The notes under the pieces: model-generated
The model's database searches: none
Told to the model about the DNA's origin: nothing
What the model saw: the letters and a program-made list of their open reading frames with translations, nothing else
Part shown: positions 10,641 through 24,000 of the stretch, one piece after another
Layout of the letters: the number at the start of each line of letters is the position of its first letter
How positions within the stretch are numbered: position 1 is the stretch's first letter
Source: Mobula hypostoma
Lineage: Eukaryota
DNA: 64,000 nt
Direction: 5' to 3'
NCBI RefSeq assembly: GCF_963921235.1
Contig: NC_086109.1
Span: 11,100,001 to 11,164,000 of the forward strand
Translations under genes and position numbers: made by a program

Positions 10641-12585
10641 CCCCTCAGCTAAGGGTCAACTTTCAGCACTCACATAACCCGTTCTCTGAGCCGGAAAAGC
10701 AAACTGCTGCAGTGCCTGTCATTTTGCTCAACACTAATCGATTGCCTAAGTTGATATTTAGCTCTGCGCCTTTTTCTTTTAAAAGTAGCTTCTCTCCCTC
10801 CCCCGGCTTGCTTTTAGGATAACTGTTTCCTGTCAGATCACGGTGATGGCTATTCTCTGTATTATAAGTGAAGCACCTTCAATTACTCCAAAAGACTGAG
10901 GTATACATGGTTTACCACAATAAGTATGGCCGGGGGAGGAGGAATTAGTCCACACTTGATGATAAGTGGGAACGGTGCTTCAAAAATATATATCAGGCAG
11001 TTGTCCTCAGGAATTAAATTAATTTTGAGCCTAAAATAGAGATGTAAGACAATTGCACATCTAAATCAGATTTACAGATGTTGAAGGTTTAAAGCTTGTC
11101 CAAATCATAATAAAGATATAATACGTTTGATCCATAGTCAAAATGATGCAAGGTGTTTTCTTTCCTCGTTTCTAATGCACCTTGGTTTCTAACTGCTCAT
11201 TATTTATGCACAGTACTGGTTATATGTTTGTGCTTTTAACCAAATGCTTGATTTATTGTTCCAGTTAGTGCCATAATGAGTTTTAATTTTGGAGATTGGA
11301 TGAGTTTAAACAGTGTCAATTCTATAAAGCATTTTATGACTCAGATTTGAAAGCATTTGTGAATATCATAGAAGTGCCTCATTACGAATTCCCCCCAATA
11401 CCTATTTTATATAACAGATCTATTATAAATAACTATATACAAAATGCCTTCAAATCTGCTGCTTCTAGTAAAGCTCAAAGTAACAGCATTTTCACAAAAG
11501 GCAAAATGAATTATTTTCATGAGGAATATTGATGTGCCAGATTTGAAACTTTAAAGGTTGGCAATTTGTATTTATTAAAATCTAAAATAAAAAGTAACAA
11601 ATTGTCAGAATACTACAGATCGGGCATAGAGAATAAAACAGAATTACTGGTATTGTTTTGACCTTGCATCAGAATGGACCCAGTCATTCGAAGTGATTTA
11701 CCCTCCTCATGTTCTGGCGTATTCCCATTTGATAGATCATATGTACTTAGACAGCAACTTTGCATTTAGGCAGGGCTGATAAAGCAAAGCATTTTAGATG
11801 ATAGAGTCAGGACAGTGATGCCCCTCATGAGAGGTTGAGTTAGGGAATTAGATCCCTAACTTGAGGCCAAAATTGGAGGAGCAGAAAGATGTTGGAGGGT
11901 TACAAGGTTGTAAACATTTCAAATGGAATTACTTAAAAGTAACTGTTAAATAAGTGATGTAGATCAAGCTTAATATTTTTAACCAGGAGGATTATTGTAT
12001 TGCAGAATTTGGATATGTTTTGATATGGCAAATTACAAAGTTCCACTCATTGACCTTGTGTCAATCTGGTCAGATAATCAGTGTTAACCTTTTACTTTAA
12101 CATAAAAATTAGAATGTTAAGTGATAAGAATGCTAAGATTTTGACACTTTTAACCCTTTTGTGGAAGCAGCTTATTGAAGATTTTCATCATTTAAAAGCA
12201 CGAAATAAGATAAATATCAGTCGGCTGTTATTTACCCTCCAGAGGTGTGCACCATTTTCCCCTAAATGTATATCTCTTCAACAGAACTATAAGTAGTGAT
12301 CAGCTATAGGGGTTCCAGGAGAATATCCTGCTTGACACCTATCAGAAAAATTGCTCTAGCATTACCTGAGCACATATTTGTCCTAAGTTTGACTGAACGT
12401 TTAACCTTGTCCATGTCCAATAGCATTCAGTATATTTACAACAAAGGCCATCTTTTTTGGAGCACAATTTCAGCTTTGAAAATGATTCATTTTGAAATTA
12501 GCAGAAATGGTTCCCAGTCTGATGATGAGGCCTCTGTTGGTCAGTGTCGGACATGGATGTTGCATCCTAGCTGTCGATGTGTTCT

Positions 12586-12961
12586 ATGACATGGAGAGCA
12601 AGCTGTTGCCCATGTAGTAAGCTCTCCCTCTCCAGGCATCTGATGAACCCAAAGGAACAGCAGAGACAATTTGGCACCAGCAGTGTTGCAGGAGTTGCCT
12701 GTCTGTGTTGAACCCAATGTAGGACTGCTTTAGGGACTTCAGCTCTGGATTTTTCCCTCTGCGTTTTCTCCCGAAGCCTTCCCCGTGAGTGAGTATAGCC
12801 ATAAAGCAGCGGAGATTTGAGATCAAAGTTTTTCTTCTCCTAGGTGAGCTTCCAATCACGGCTGACGAGCTCCGTTTGCCCGAACCATCTGGTTTTAAGG
12901 CGCCAGTTCTGTCCCTTCTCCTCTCAGTAGAAATGGTTCTGCCGGGCTCAGTAGCTAAGCC
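12586..12961 (-). mobile_element. RTE-clade 5' UTR-like fragment
   Basis: Minus strand reads ggcttagctactgagcc...ctggcgccttaaaacc...ctaggagaagaaaaact...ctggtgccaaa...tggagaggg...catgggcaac. Part is homologous to the body of the SINE at 56133. Confidence 0.6.
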
Positions 12962-13373
12962 AGCCTGATACTGGCAAAGACTGCTAAATGGGGAGGGCCT
13001 TGACATTTTGCAAAAGACCTTAAAAATCTGTTACCCTTGCTGGTTTTGATGTAACACATTGGAATCTACTGGGCTACTACAAACAGACTTCATTGTATTG
13101 AAAAATGTAGTGGTTGCAGGTTTCACATCAAAAAATCTGTTTGTTGAATCAAATGGAGCATTTGCAGATTTCTGCATCCTTGTTTATGGGGCTTCATTTT
13201 TAAAATTAATGCTGCTTATATTTAACAAACTGTTTATTTTAAAGACTAGACAATAGTGCTAAGTTTAGGCCTTTAATAAATTTGAACAAATTATATTGAA
13301 ATAATTTGTTGAAATTATACATTTAAAGTATTCATTTTCTACCCATACTTTTACCAGTTATTTTCCTCTAAAC

Positions 13374-13453
13374 CAGGAGTTCCAAACCTTTTTTATGCCT
13401 TGGGCCAATACCATTAAGCAAGGGGTCCATGAATCCCAGGTTAGGAACCCCTA
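13374..13453. mobile_element. 80-bp hAT (Charlie/MER5-like) MITE
   Basis: TIRs caggagttccaaacct / aggttaggaaccccta. 8-bp TSD-like ctctaaac / atctaaag (NTCTARAN type). Confidence 0.75.
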
Positions 13454-13616
13454 ATCTAAAGAAGTGTGATTATTCAGTAATCGTGCATGACATCCACATT
13501 TAGAAAGTGGAAGTTTCAATAAACCAAGGTCAACATTGCAAAATATTGGCAGTTTTATTGATGTTAAAAGTCAGAATTTGATTTAAAAACTTCAGGTCCT
13601 AATATAGGCCCCTAAT

Positions 13617-13905
13617 GCAGGAACAACATGGTAGTGTAATGTTTTACAGCACTGGCTGTAAGATTGGGGTTCAATTCCCACAGCTGTCTGTAAGGAGTTT
13701 GTATGTTCTCCCTGTGACTGTGTGTTTCCTCCGGGTGCTTGAGCTTCCTCCCACATTCTAAAGACATATGATTGAGGACTAGTAACTTGTGAACAAGCTA
13801 TGTTTGCGCACTTGTGGGCTGCTTCCAGCATATATTTGGACTGTGTTGGTCATTGATGCAAACACTGGATTTCACTCTATGTACATGTGAGAAATAAAGC
13901 TAATT
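13617..13905 (+). mobile_element. tRNA-derived V-SINE, alternative-tail variant
   Basis: B box GGTTCAATTCC, V domain gtttcctccgggtgct...ttcctcccacattc, tail tacatgtgagaaataaagctaat. Confidence 0.8.
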
Positions 13906-14384
13906 TTTAAGTTTGACTTGGTATAGGGTCTAACAAGTGTTCATTGTTGCTGTAAAACTTAACATGTTCCTCTCCTTCTCCTTTCCCACCCACCCCTCTC
14001 ACCCCCATAAATGGTCTGATAGAGAAATCCTAGATTGTTTTGCATTGGCAACAATGAAAGTTGTAGATAACATTTGTTAAAAAGGTTGCATTGTCAGATA
14101 AACGCCAGTTATACATCTCCTCATTCATTGTAACTCGTGGCTGTACATGACAAAGTTACGGATCATTTAAAAAATCTACTACAGCACTTTAACTTGGTAA
14201 AAATATGAGTGGTCATTGTTCAGTTTGTTCATTATTGCTGGTCCTTCATTTGGATGAACATTCAACTGCCGTAAATTAGCAGGAAATCTCTTCATTAGCC
14301 AGGATCAAAATGCATCACTTCATGTTTCTGCAGACTTCCTGTATTTTGTCACCAACATTTCTTTCATCTATATTGTACATAGAA

Positions 14385-14728
14385 GAAACATAGACATAGA
14401 AAACCTACAGCACAAAGCAGGCTCTTCGGCCCACAAAGCTGTGCCAAACATGTCCTTACCTTAGAAATTACCTAGGGTTACCCATAGCCCTCTATGTTTC
14501 TAAGCTCGATGTACCTATCCAGGAGTCTCTTAAAAGACCCTTTGGTACCCGCCTCCACCACAGGCGCCAGCAGCCCATTCGATGCACTCACCACTCTCTG
14601 TGTAAAAAAAAACTTACCCCTGACATCTCCTCTGTACCTACTTCCAAGCACCTTAAAACTGTGCTCTCTCATGCTAGCCATTTCAGCCCTGGGAAAAAGC
14701 CTCTGACTATCCACATGATCAATGCCTC
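14385..14728 (-). mobile_element. CR1 3' end fragment
   Basis: ORF2 C-terminus (RLFPRA...FFTQRVV...FKRLLDRY) and a (ctatgtt) tail. Confidence 0.9.
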
Positions 14729-15917
14729 AAAAACATTTACATCTCAAAGCAACAACAAAACCATTGGTGTAAACTATAGACAACAGCTCATCAATTTGGA
14801 ATGTTTGTCTGGCTAAATAGTTGCTCTTGTGTTTTATGGCTGCCTTGCTATCTATTCTGCTATTTGCCCAGTGTATAATATACTGACCTTAAAAATAAAT
14901 TATTGATCCAGAGTGGGAATTTCTTTTGTTACAATTAGCCGTGTGCCGACTTAACTCATAATAAATCCAGGATAATAATATACACTATAATAATTTACCA
15001 ATGTGCAATAATAATGCCTGAAATAATAAAATGGAGACTATTGTACTATGATGTGTGTTCTCCTGTCGCACAGAGATGAACTGTTGTATATGCCTATTGC
15101 ATTTGGTAGGAAAGTACTTGATTGCATTGTTTTTTCACTTCAAAGAATTCTTCTAAAGTCAAGTGTATCCCTTTTAAAGTCTGCTGATGACACTTTAAAA
15201 TCTTACAAGAACATTTAAATTTTGATTGTGTAGTTCAAGCAGTTCAAATTACCATTTTATATATATATAAAATTTTTTTTGCCTTTTTTTCTGCCTCTTT
15301 CCTATTTGGAGTTGGTAAAGGTATAAGTGGAAATAGTTTATGAACTCACCTGCTTGTCCTTGACTTAAACCATTGTGAACTTTAATTTGTTCACTTCAAT
15401 ATAGTACACTATGCTGTAAACAAGTAAGCCTTTAATTCCCCAACTATTGAAAATTCTCAATGAGGATGTGATGATAGAATGCTTTATGGATACTTGATAA
15501 AGTACAAATGCTTGAGTTTAGTATTGAATAACCTCTACGCGTCTTTTGCAAATGTAGCCTATGTCAATATTTGGCACTACTGCAAGTTTAAAAATAGGGA
15601 TTGAAAGAAAATCCAGCTGGTACTACCAAGCTACTGCTGCTGGAGATGACTATTGTTAAGTCTATTTAGAATGTTCTTACTTGTATGGAAATTATTGCAG
15701 TTGATTACACAAAATCCAATCCCACTGAATGGAAATATTGATGTTGGGGTATCTTTTTATCCCTTTTAATACCAGCTGGATGGAGTATCCTTAGTTGCCA
15801 GCTATGAGGTTCTCAAAAATGATACTGTGTACCGTGGCATTCAGAGGAAAATTATTGTAACAATGTAGTAATCCTTGAAATACGATATGGATTTCCATTG
15901 TTTAGAGTAAATAAATA

Positions 15918-16429
15918 CAGTACTGTGCAGAAGTCTTAGGCACATAGACCTTGGGTGCCTAAGACTTTTGCACAGCACTGTAATTTTATGTATTGCACTG
16001 TACGGGTGCCACACAAAAAAGAAATTCATGATGTATGTGAGTGATGAACCCACATAAACCCACCCAACTATTGTGGACTGTGAGTGGGGAGGGGAATCAT
16101 GGTTGGGAAAAGGGGAGGGGGGAGGGAGTGGGAAGCACCAGAGAGATATTTTGTAATGATCAATAAACCAATTGTTTGGAATCAAATATCCTTGCCTGGT
16201 GTCCCAGGGCTGGGTGTGTCTGCTCCCGTGCTACTCCTGCTCTGGCACCCCTTCTCTACCAGCTGTCCCATACCCCTCCCGCAGGGCTCTACCCTCACCA
16301 TTCTCAACATCCTTTGTTTCCGCCAGATTTACAACCTTGCACTTCACTCCATGTAGACAAGTACAGTACTGTGAAAGAGTCTTAGATACCCTAACTATAT
16401 AGATGTGCCAAGTCTTTTACACAGTAATG
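15918..16429. mobile_element. Two inverted ~65-bp Tc1/mariner-type mini-MITEs flanking ~380 bp, a putative composite element
   Basis: 15918-15980 and 16364-16429 are each a TA-flanked palindrome (cagtactgtgca...tgcacagcactg) and are inverted relative to each other. Confidence 0.75.
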
Positions 16430-16445
16430 TAATCCAACTTTGAAC

Positions 16446-19020
16446 AGAATGAGAATCAGGTTTATTATCACCGGCATGTGTTCTGAAATTTGTTAACATA
16501 GCAGCAGCAGTTCAATGCAATACATAATATAGAAGAAAAATAAATAAACAAGTAAATCAATTACAGTATACATACATTGAATAGATTAAAAACCATACAA
16601 AAACAGAAATATATTAAAAAAGTGAGGTAGTGTTCATGGGTTCAATTTCTATTTAGAAATCAGATGGCAGAGAGAAAGAAGCTGTTCCTGAATAACTGAG
16701 TGTGTGCCTTCAGGCTTCTGTACCTCCTACCTGATGGTAACAATGAGAAAAGGGCATGCCCTCGGTGCTGGATGTCCTTAATAATGGACACTGCGCCTTT
16801 CTGAGACCCTGCTCCTTGACAATGTCCTGGGTACTTTGTAGGCTAGTACCCAAGATGGAGTCGTTGAAGCTACCCTCTGCAGCTTCTTTCCGTCCTGTGC
16901 AGCAGCACCACCCCCCCCCCCATACCAGACAGTGATACAACCCGGCAGAATGCTCTCTATGGTACATCTATAGAAGTTTTTGAGTGTTTTTGTTGACATA
17001 CCAAATCTCTTCAAACTCCTAATGAAGTATAGTCACTATCTTGTGTTCTTTATAACTGCATCAATATGTTGGGACTAGGTTAGGTCCTCAGAGATCTTGA
17101 TATCCAGGGACGTGAAACTGCTCATTCTCTCCACTTCTGATCCCTCTATGAGGATTGATATGTGTTCATTCGTCTTACCCTTCCTGAAGTCCGCAATCAG
17201 CTCTCAGGTCTTGCTGATGTTGAGTGCCAGGTTGTTGCTGTGACATCACTCCACAAGATGATATATCTCGCTCCTATACATCTTCTTGTCTCCGTCTGAG
17301 ATCCTACCAACAATGGTTGTATCGTCAGCAAATTTATAGATGGTAATTGAACTATGCCTAGCCACACAGTCATAGGTTTAGAAAGAATAGAGCAGTGGGC
17401 TAAGCACACATCCTCAAGGTGCACCAGTGTTAATTGTCAGCGAGGAGGAGATATTATCACCAATCCACACAGATTGTGGCCTTCCAGTTAGGAAGTCATG
17501 GATCCAATTGCAGGGGGAGGTACAGAGGCCCAGTTTCTGTAACTTATCAATCAGGATTGTGGGAATGATGGTGTTAAATGCTGATCAATAATGGGTGAAC
17601 AGCATCCTGACATAGGTCTTTGTATTGTCCAGGTGGTCTAAGGCTGTGTAAAGAGCCATTGACATTGTGTCTGCCGTTGACCTAATGTGGTGATAGGCAA
17701 ATAGCAGTGAGTCCAGGTCCTTGCTGAGGCAGGAGTTCAGTCTAGTCATGAACAAATTCTCAAAGCATTTCATCACTGTAGATGTGAGTGCTACTGGGCG
17801 ATAGTCATTAAGGTAGCTCACGTTATTCCTTTTAGGCACTGGTGTATAATTGTTGCCTTTTTGAAGCAAATGGGACTTTCATCTGCAGCAGTGAGAGGTT
17901 GAAAATGTCCTTGAATACTCCTCCCAGTTGATTGGCACAAGTTTTCAGAGCAACTGCAGCATACTTATCCAGGTCTGAAGATGAATCCCTGAATACGGTC
18001 CAGATCACCAATTCAAAGCAGTCCTGTAAGGGCTCCTGTGCTTCCCTTGTCCATACCCTCTTGGTCCTCACTACTGGTGTTGTAGTGTTCCGACTCTGCC
18101 TATACTCAGGGAGTAGAAGTACAGCTAGGTGATCAGACTTCCTGAAGAGAGGGCATGGAATAGCACGGTAGGCATTCTTAATGGTGATGCAACAATGGTC
18201 CAGTGTGTTGTTTTCTCTGGTTTTGCAGGTGATCTGTTGATGGTAATTGTTTGGTGATTTTTTTTCAGCCTGACTTGGTTAAAATCCCCCAAAACGATGA
18301 TGAATGTGTCAGGCTGCGCTGTTTCATGCATGTTGATCCCATTTTTCAGATCATCTAAAGCCTGATCGACATTGGCCTGAGGTGGAATGTATACCACGAC
18401 CAAAATGGTCACGGAAAACTCCCGTGGTAGGTAAAATGGTCGGCACTAAACTGCAAGATATTGCAGGTCTGGTGAGCAGAATTGGGACAGCCCTGATATA
18501 TTTGTGCACCAAGAAGAGTTGATCTTGAGACATATTTCTCCACCTCTGCTTTTGAGAGGCTCTAGATCTATCCTGACAGTATATAGTAAACCCATTGATC
18601 TGAATTGCTGCATCTGGTACAGAAGGGGTTAACCAGGATTCCATGAAATAAAGGACACATGTGGTCCTAATGTCCCTCTGATTCACCGCTCTCATTCTAA
18701 CATCATCAATTTTATTCACCAGAGGTTGCACGTTGCCAGCAAAATAGTCGGTATTGGGAGTTTAAAACCCGTTTCTTTAAACGCACTTGTATTCCTGACC
18801 TGCAGTCATGTTTCCTACCTGGAATCCAGTGAGGAGTTCGTCCACAATCGGCATTGTTTCCGTCAGTTTTAAGCAGCGATAGTTCATTTAATTGTATTAA
18901 GACATCTTTGTTAGCTGTACTGACCTTGGAAGCAGTTGTGTTTTTTAGCTGTATCAGGCTGAAACGAGAATACTTAATCATATCCATTGAGAGTTCTGCT
19001 GCCACACAAGTTGCCACTCG
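16446..19020 (-). mobile_element. Rex1/Babar-clade LINE, long degenerate copy
   Basis: ORF fragments ESWL, VVYIPPQA, GDFNQ, LNDYRPVALTSTVMKCFE, YVRMLF, NFYRCTIESILPGCITVWYG. Tail ataataaacctgattctcattctg. Confidence 0.9.
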
Positions 19021-19254
19021 AGGTGATTGGAAAGTCTACAATAACAGCTGTTATTACAGTATCCAGCTCTCCTGTTCATTTCCCTTGCCCACCCTCTACC
19101 CAAAGCTTTTCTTTCCTTCATATTCCAGCTCCTATTTGTGTTTAAGAAATAATTTTTGCAACTAAAGTCTGATTGTGGTTTCATTCTGTTTCTGCCAACA
19201 TAGTTGGTGGCATATCATATGTATTAATTCGTGGAAATCCTTAGCAACATTTAA

Positions 19255-19428
19255 GCACTCTACCTCACTTTTTTATTTTTTGCTCTTTATGCACTAGCTA
19301 TTTTAATTTTATATAATATATATTTATTGTAATTTATAGTTTTTTTTCTTATTATGTATTGCAATGTACTGCTGCCACAAACTATCAAATTTCACGACAT
19401 ATGCTATGATATTAAACCTGATTCCGAT
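19255..19428 (+). mobile_element. Rex1/Babar 3' tail fragment
   Basis: tatgtattgcaatgtactgctgcc...aatttcacgacatatg...attaaacctgattc. Confidence 0.7.
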
Positions 19429-19641
19429 TTAAAATGAGCTGGAAGTTCACTTTTTTAAAATATCAACATCAGAACTAAGACAATCTGGTGAATATTGAAT
19501 TGCATTTATGTCAACATCTTCAGTTTTTTTTTACCCTTCCCCTGATGGCGTGGTCAAATGTTTTAGTTGGAGTTTAGAGCTGTATCTTGATTTTTTTCCC
19601 CCCAGGTGTTGTTTCTTGGTACAATTTGTACACCTTGGTAG

Positions 19642-20294
19642 CAGTGTTCCCTCTAATTTGTAATGACCACTGTGTGCAAAAATCTTGTGCCACGCAATTT
19701 TTTGCCTGGTGACAACAATGTGCACACTGACTTTTATATAGAGGTATTCATCTTAACCAACTAGCAAAACACTCTAAATAAGAACTTAGATCTCTGCTGG
19801 GTGTGATTGTTTTCACTCTCGTTCATCTGCACTTTCACAAAATGAATGTAGCAGGCTTGTAGTGGGTAATGAAGGATTTTCTTACCATTGCATTTGCACA
19901 CTGTCCATATGTGATTTGTTTGCTAAATGATGCTTTAAAAAGTCAAGTGTGCAAATATCATTCTCGTAGCTGCATGTTCCTGACCTCATGAGCTTTCAGT
20001 GTAGTAGTTTCTACTGTTTCATTAAGCATTCTGCTCTAAATGAAACAGCAGTTATTTTGTGCTTCATGTCCTTTGATTCTTTGGAATTTGACATAGTAAA
20101 TCAATACTTTCTGCAATAAAATAAGCCTGTTCTAAAATTGGCAGACAAATCATTGCAAACTCCACTTTGTCAACACTGGAAAAGGAAATGCGGTTATATA
20201 CGATTGTGAAATATAATTAACATTTCAACATGGTAGAGGGTGACAACCTTTTGTGTGCAGTTTAAATTGTGTGCACACTTTAGAGGGAACATTA
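19642..20294. mobile_element. Non-autonomous hAT-type DNA transposon
   Basis: TIRs cagtgttccctctaa / ttagagggaacatta. Degenerate 8-bp TSD cttggtag / cttagcag. Subterminal tgtgtgca repeats. Confidence 0.75.
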
Positions 20295-20484
20295 CTTAGC
20301 AGGCCTTCAATTTTCTGTGAAAACTATAAGTAAAGAAGTTACATCTAACTTTGAACTTAAGCCTAATAAACAGACCACAAAACATAATCTATTCCCCAAA
20401 TTACCAAATAAAACCTAATAACGAGGTCGGCAATACCCTAACATTTGAAGTGACATGCCTTTCATTATCTTGATCCATGGGAAA

Positions 20485-20612
20485 AACATAAGCTGGGGCC
20501 TAATCAACCCTGGCTGGGTCACCTGGGTTAGGATGTCTAATGTTAAAAGACCTGAAATCCCCAATAATCCCAGGTTACATCACTGATGATGTGTCTCAGT
20601 GCACAACAGGTT
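20485..20612 (+). mobile_element. Possible HERO-type (RLE non-LTR) 3' UTR fragment
   Basis: gctggggcctaatcaaccctggctgggtcacctggg...cccaggttacatcactgatgatgtgtc resembles fish HERO 3' ends as I recall them; not verified. Confidence 0.4.
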
Positions 20613-21400
20613 GATAAAGTTAAGTAGATATAATCATGCACATTCTAGCAAGGTTCATTGGTGTTTAGCATTGAATAAGAGCATCTCAACTTTGCAAAGA
20701 ATTTGGTTGAAATCACCAAATGGTATATTCTGATATGTATTTCCCTACTTATATACAACTGAACATGAGAAAGTGCAGTTTAAAGTTTCTGGATTTTAAC
20801 TATGCATAACAAACTACTTGTTGAAGTTGGATTAATTTTTAAACCAAGTAGTTGAAAAAAATTAGAGTGGAAAAAGTCCTTTTAAATAGCAAGGCATTTC
20901 AAGGCATGTTGAGTTATCGAACAAAATTTGCTTTCAAATTTTAAATTAGATAAGATAGCTGGAGTGCTTTAGGAAGGCAAACTCAGTTTAGAGTGAGAAC
21001 ATTGATATTTCTGAGGATGACCAAAAGGATAAAATTACAGGATTGCATAGGTTAGAAGAGATTTTGGAAGTAGGGAGAGATTGCCAAACCTGAGCACGAG
21101 GTTGAGAATTTTACATTCCACATATTACTTTCCCAGGAATCTGAAACTGCCAGATTAATGTGGTACAAGAGACTAAATTATAGTAGTAGTAGAATTTTGA
21201 ATGGACCTTGCCTTCAAAGAGGGTAGAATCAGGGAGGCCAGTCAGGATGGATGAGGTGAGCTCAGCAAGAACACAAAGGGAAATGGGATGGAAATTGGAC
21301 AAATATGGAGAGTTCTAAATTAGAAGTGAATGGTGTCACTGACTCAGGAAGACAGGTCTGCTGGGTTAAGGGAAGCATTACAAACAACTCTTTACACCAA

Positions 21401-21520
21401 GCACAAGAAATTCTACAGATGCTGGAAATCCAAAGCAAAACACTCAAAATGCTGAAGAAACTCAGCTGGTCATGCAGCATCCATGGAAATGAACAGTTAA
21501 CGTTTTGGGTCAAGACCCTT
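21401..21520 (-). mobile_element. Penelope pseudo-LTR 3' end, solo, with tail
   Basis: agaaattctacagatgctggaaatcc...aaaatgctgaagaaactcagc...cagttaacgttttgggtcaagaccctt. Confidence 0.8.
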
Positions 21521-23653
21521 TTTCTTTATAATAAGGTTGGAGGGAAATAGGACAACTGATTTTAGAATATATTTTGCGGTAAAGTTGTTGATCTGGTCCG
21601 ATGCTTTTGTTACAGTTCTTACCTTGAGAGTTCAGCAAATTCCAGTATGTGTGACTGACAAAGTGTAGAAAAATTCAAAAGGATTAGCCATATGCCTTGA
21701 CACAAGGACATGGAAATGAGAAATATTTCACCGTTTGGGACTCGAAGGGTGAGAAATGAGTTGGGTACCTAAACACTGAAATATTGAAGTATTTAAACAC
21801 ATCCAAGTGATGAGTAACCACAGCTGGAATTTCAGTGGGTGTAAATTGGACTGATCAGTTTACAGCCCTTCCTCCATTACCTCTGTTCCCGTGATTGGCC
21901 TATTGGTTGTATTGAATTATGTTTTTTCAAAGGATTTGACTGCATTCTGACTCTAGGGTAGGTTTTATCCTTGTCAGCAAATTAAATTTCTCCACCATTT
22001 CTGGATTTTATAGTTATCTCTAATTTCACTTTCTTGCACACTTCCAGGATCTTTATTACAAGGTCTACCCTCCAATTTGCAATACTTCAAAAATAACATA
22101 TGACCTGGCTGACATGCCCTTTACTGAACTGAGAGCAGTTAATCAGTACCATCTCCACCTGTTCAAGGATGAGCTACCTCTGTGAGGTCTCACAGCAATT
22201 TGGTCAGAGATCAGGTGGTATTTGATGCAGTTGTGCCATACAACCATAAGAGCTGAACATCTAATCAAACAAATCAGGTATTTTAAATCTTTTGTATTAC
22301 GCAAGTTATTTTGCACCCATTTTCTTATACAGAATTGTTAATTCAGATTGCTAGGGAAGGGAGTGTTGTTGGTGATTCTTTGTTTTTGTTAAATTATTGT
22401 AATAACTCAGGACAAAGATGAGAAATTTAAAATACTGTATAGCCAAATCATTTAGGGGAAAAATAAATGGTGAAATATCTTGAAAATGCAGTTTTTCCTG
22501 AATCTCGTTTGTTTTTCCCCTTTTTACTATGTGGTAGCTGGATGCTTTTGAAATCTATGTTGGCTATTCTGACATTTGATTTCTTGGGTGTCTGATAGTT
22601 CTGATACCAACCTCTGTATTTGGCTCCTGTTACTGATTGCTTATTGTTACTTGAATATAATACAATGTTTTTAGTTTTGTAACTTGATTAGGATTGCAGA
22701 GTCAATAGGCTTTATTTTCCTTTCATTCATCTCTGCTCAGTGCTACAAAACACTATACAGCAGTGATAGTATGTCGTAATTTGGATGACTTTTGGGGGCA
22801 GATAACAGTGTATTGTCATTACCTTGTAGTATATTTATTGCCATTCAGCAGGAATGAATTTTTAGGTATGTCAGTTTAGTCTTGCTTTGGTAATTTGTGA
22901 AATTTGAATTTATTGCATCTAATTAGTTATTCAGCTATTTAATTATAAAGCCATTTTTTAATTCCTAGAACACAAATTCACCACTTCAGAGAAGGGTACT
23001 CCTAAATGATCCAACATAAAAATAAGAAAGTTCCCCCTAATGCTATGAAAAACTTGTATTCTATTACGATGAATGGAATAGAAGTTAGAATCTTAGTTCC
23101 TGAAGTGTGCTCAGTTTGCACTGGCATCATATGGATTATAGTAACAGCTAAAGACCTCTAATCTTTATTTAACTCATTCTCTCCCAAGTAGGTACTACAA
23201 ATGACTTACTTCCATACCAAGAAAAGACAGTTACTATTTGTTAAAGTCAGGAGTCAAGTACTCTGCTTGATTAAAAGCAATCATTAAAATTAATGTAGCT
23301 TATGAGAAAGAGTTTTTGATACAATACAAGATTGTTTTGGGAAACTTAGGAATAAAAAGTCCAAAACAAAGGTGTGTATAAATTTTGTCCACATCAGAAT
23401 GCCAAAATATAACAGCAATAAACTGTATGTTTAAAGACTGCATTTTAAGTTATTGCAAATTCCTGGTAAACTTTGCTGAAAATATTTGTTGCCACTAGAA
23501 GTCATCGGTGCTTCTGAAGGAATAGGATGCTAGAACCTAGTTTGAATGTTTTCATTAATATTGGTTTAGGCTCGCAATAGAAATTCCTGTGGAGCCCAGC
23601 GTTGCAATTTCATTATACAATTTGTAGTTTGTTCCATCTCAGTATTTAATTCT

Positions 23654-24000
23654 GGTCAAGATGGCACCAACTTGTAATGTCCATCGATGTCATGGCTCAG
23701 ACTTAGTTGTCGTTCTTGGGTTTGTATTGATTTTTTTTGTGTGTCCAGGTTGGGGCGCTCTACAGTCAAAGGTCAGTGATCCCAGAGGTTGGGTTGGCAG
23801 GCACTGAGGAGACCAATAATCCCCAGGTCGGCAAGTCTTTGGTCAGAGGTCTGAACGGGCTGGTGTTATTTTGCTGAATATTGTTGGCATGCTATGTTGG
23901 CGCCAGAATGTGTGGTGACATCTGTGACCTACCCCAGCACATCCTTGGGTGTTAACGCAAACAACACATTTCACTGTATGTTTTGATAATTCTTAATCTA
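23654..24000 (+). mobile_element. Non-autonomous retroelement with an aagatggc head and a SINE-shared tail
   Basis: Starts ggtcaagatggcacc. Ends ggcatgctatgttggcgccag...catttcactgtatg, the same tail as the SINEs at 8325 and 13617. Confidence 0.55.

Noticed and set aside
10208..10822. 204-aa ORF (and overlapping ORFs) across the CpG island as a single-exon gene
   Set aside because: GC-rich, stop-poor sequence with triplet runs. The ORF reads through a consensus donor at 10634, so only 10550-10634 is supported as coding.
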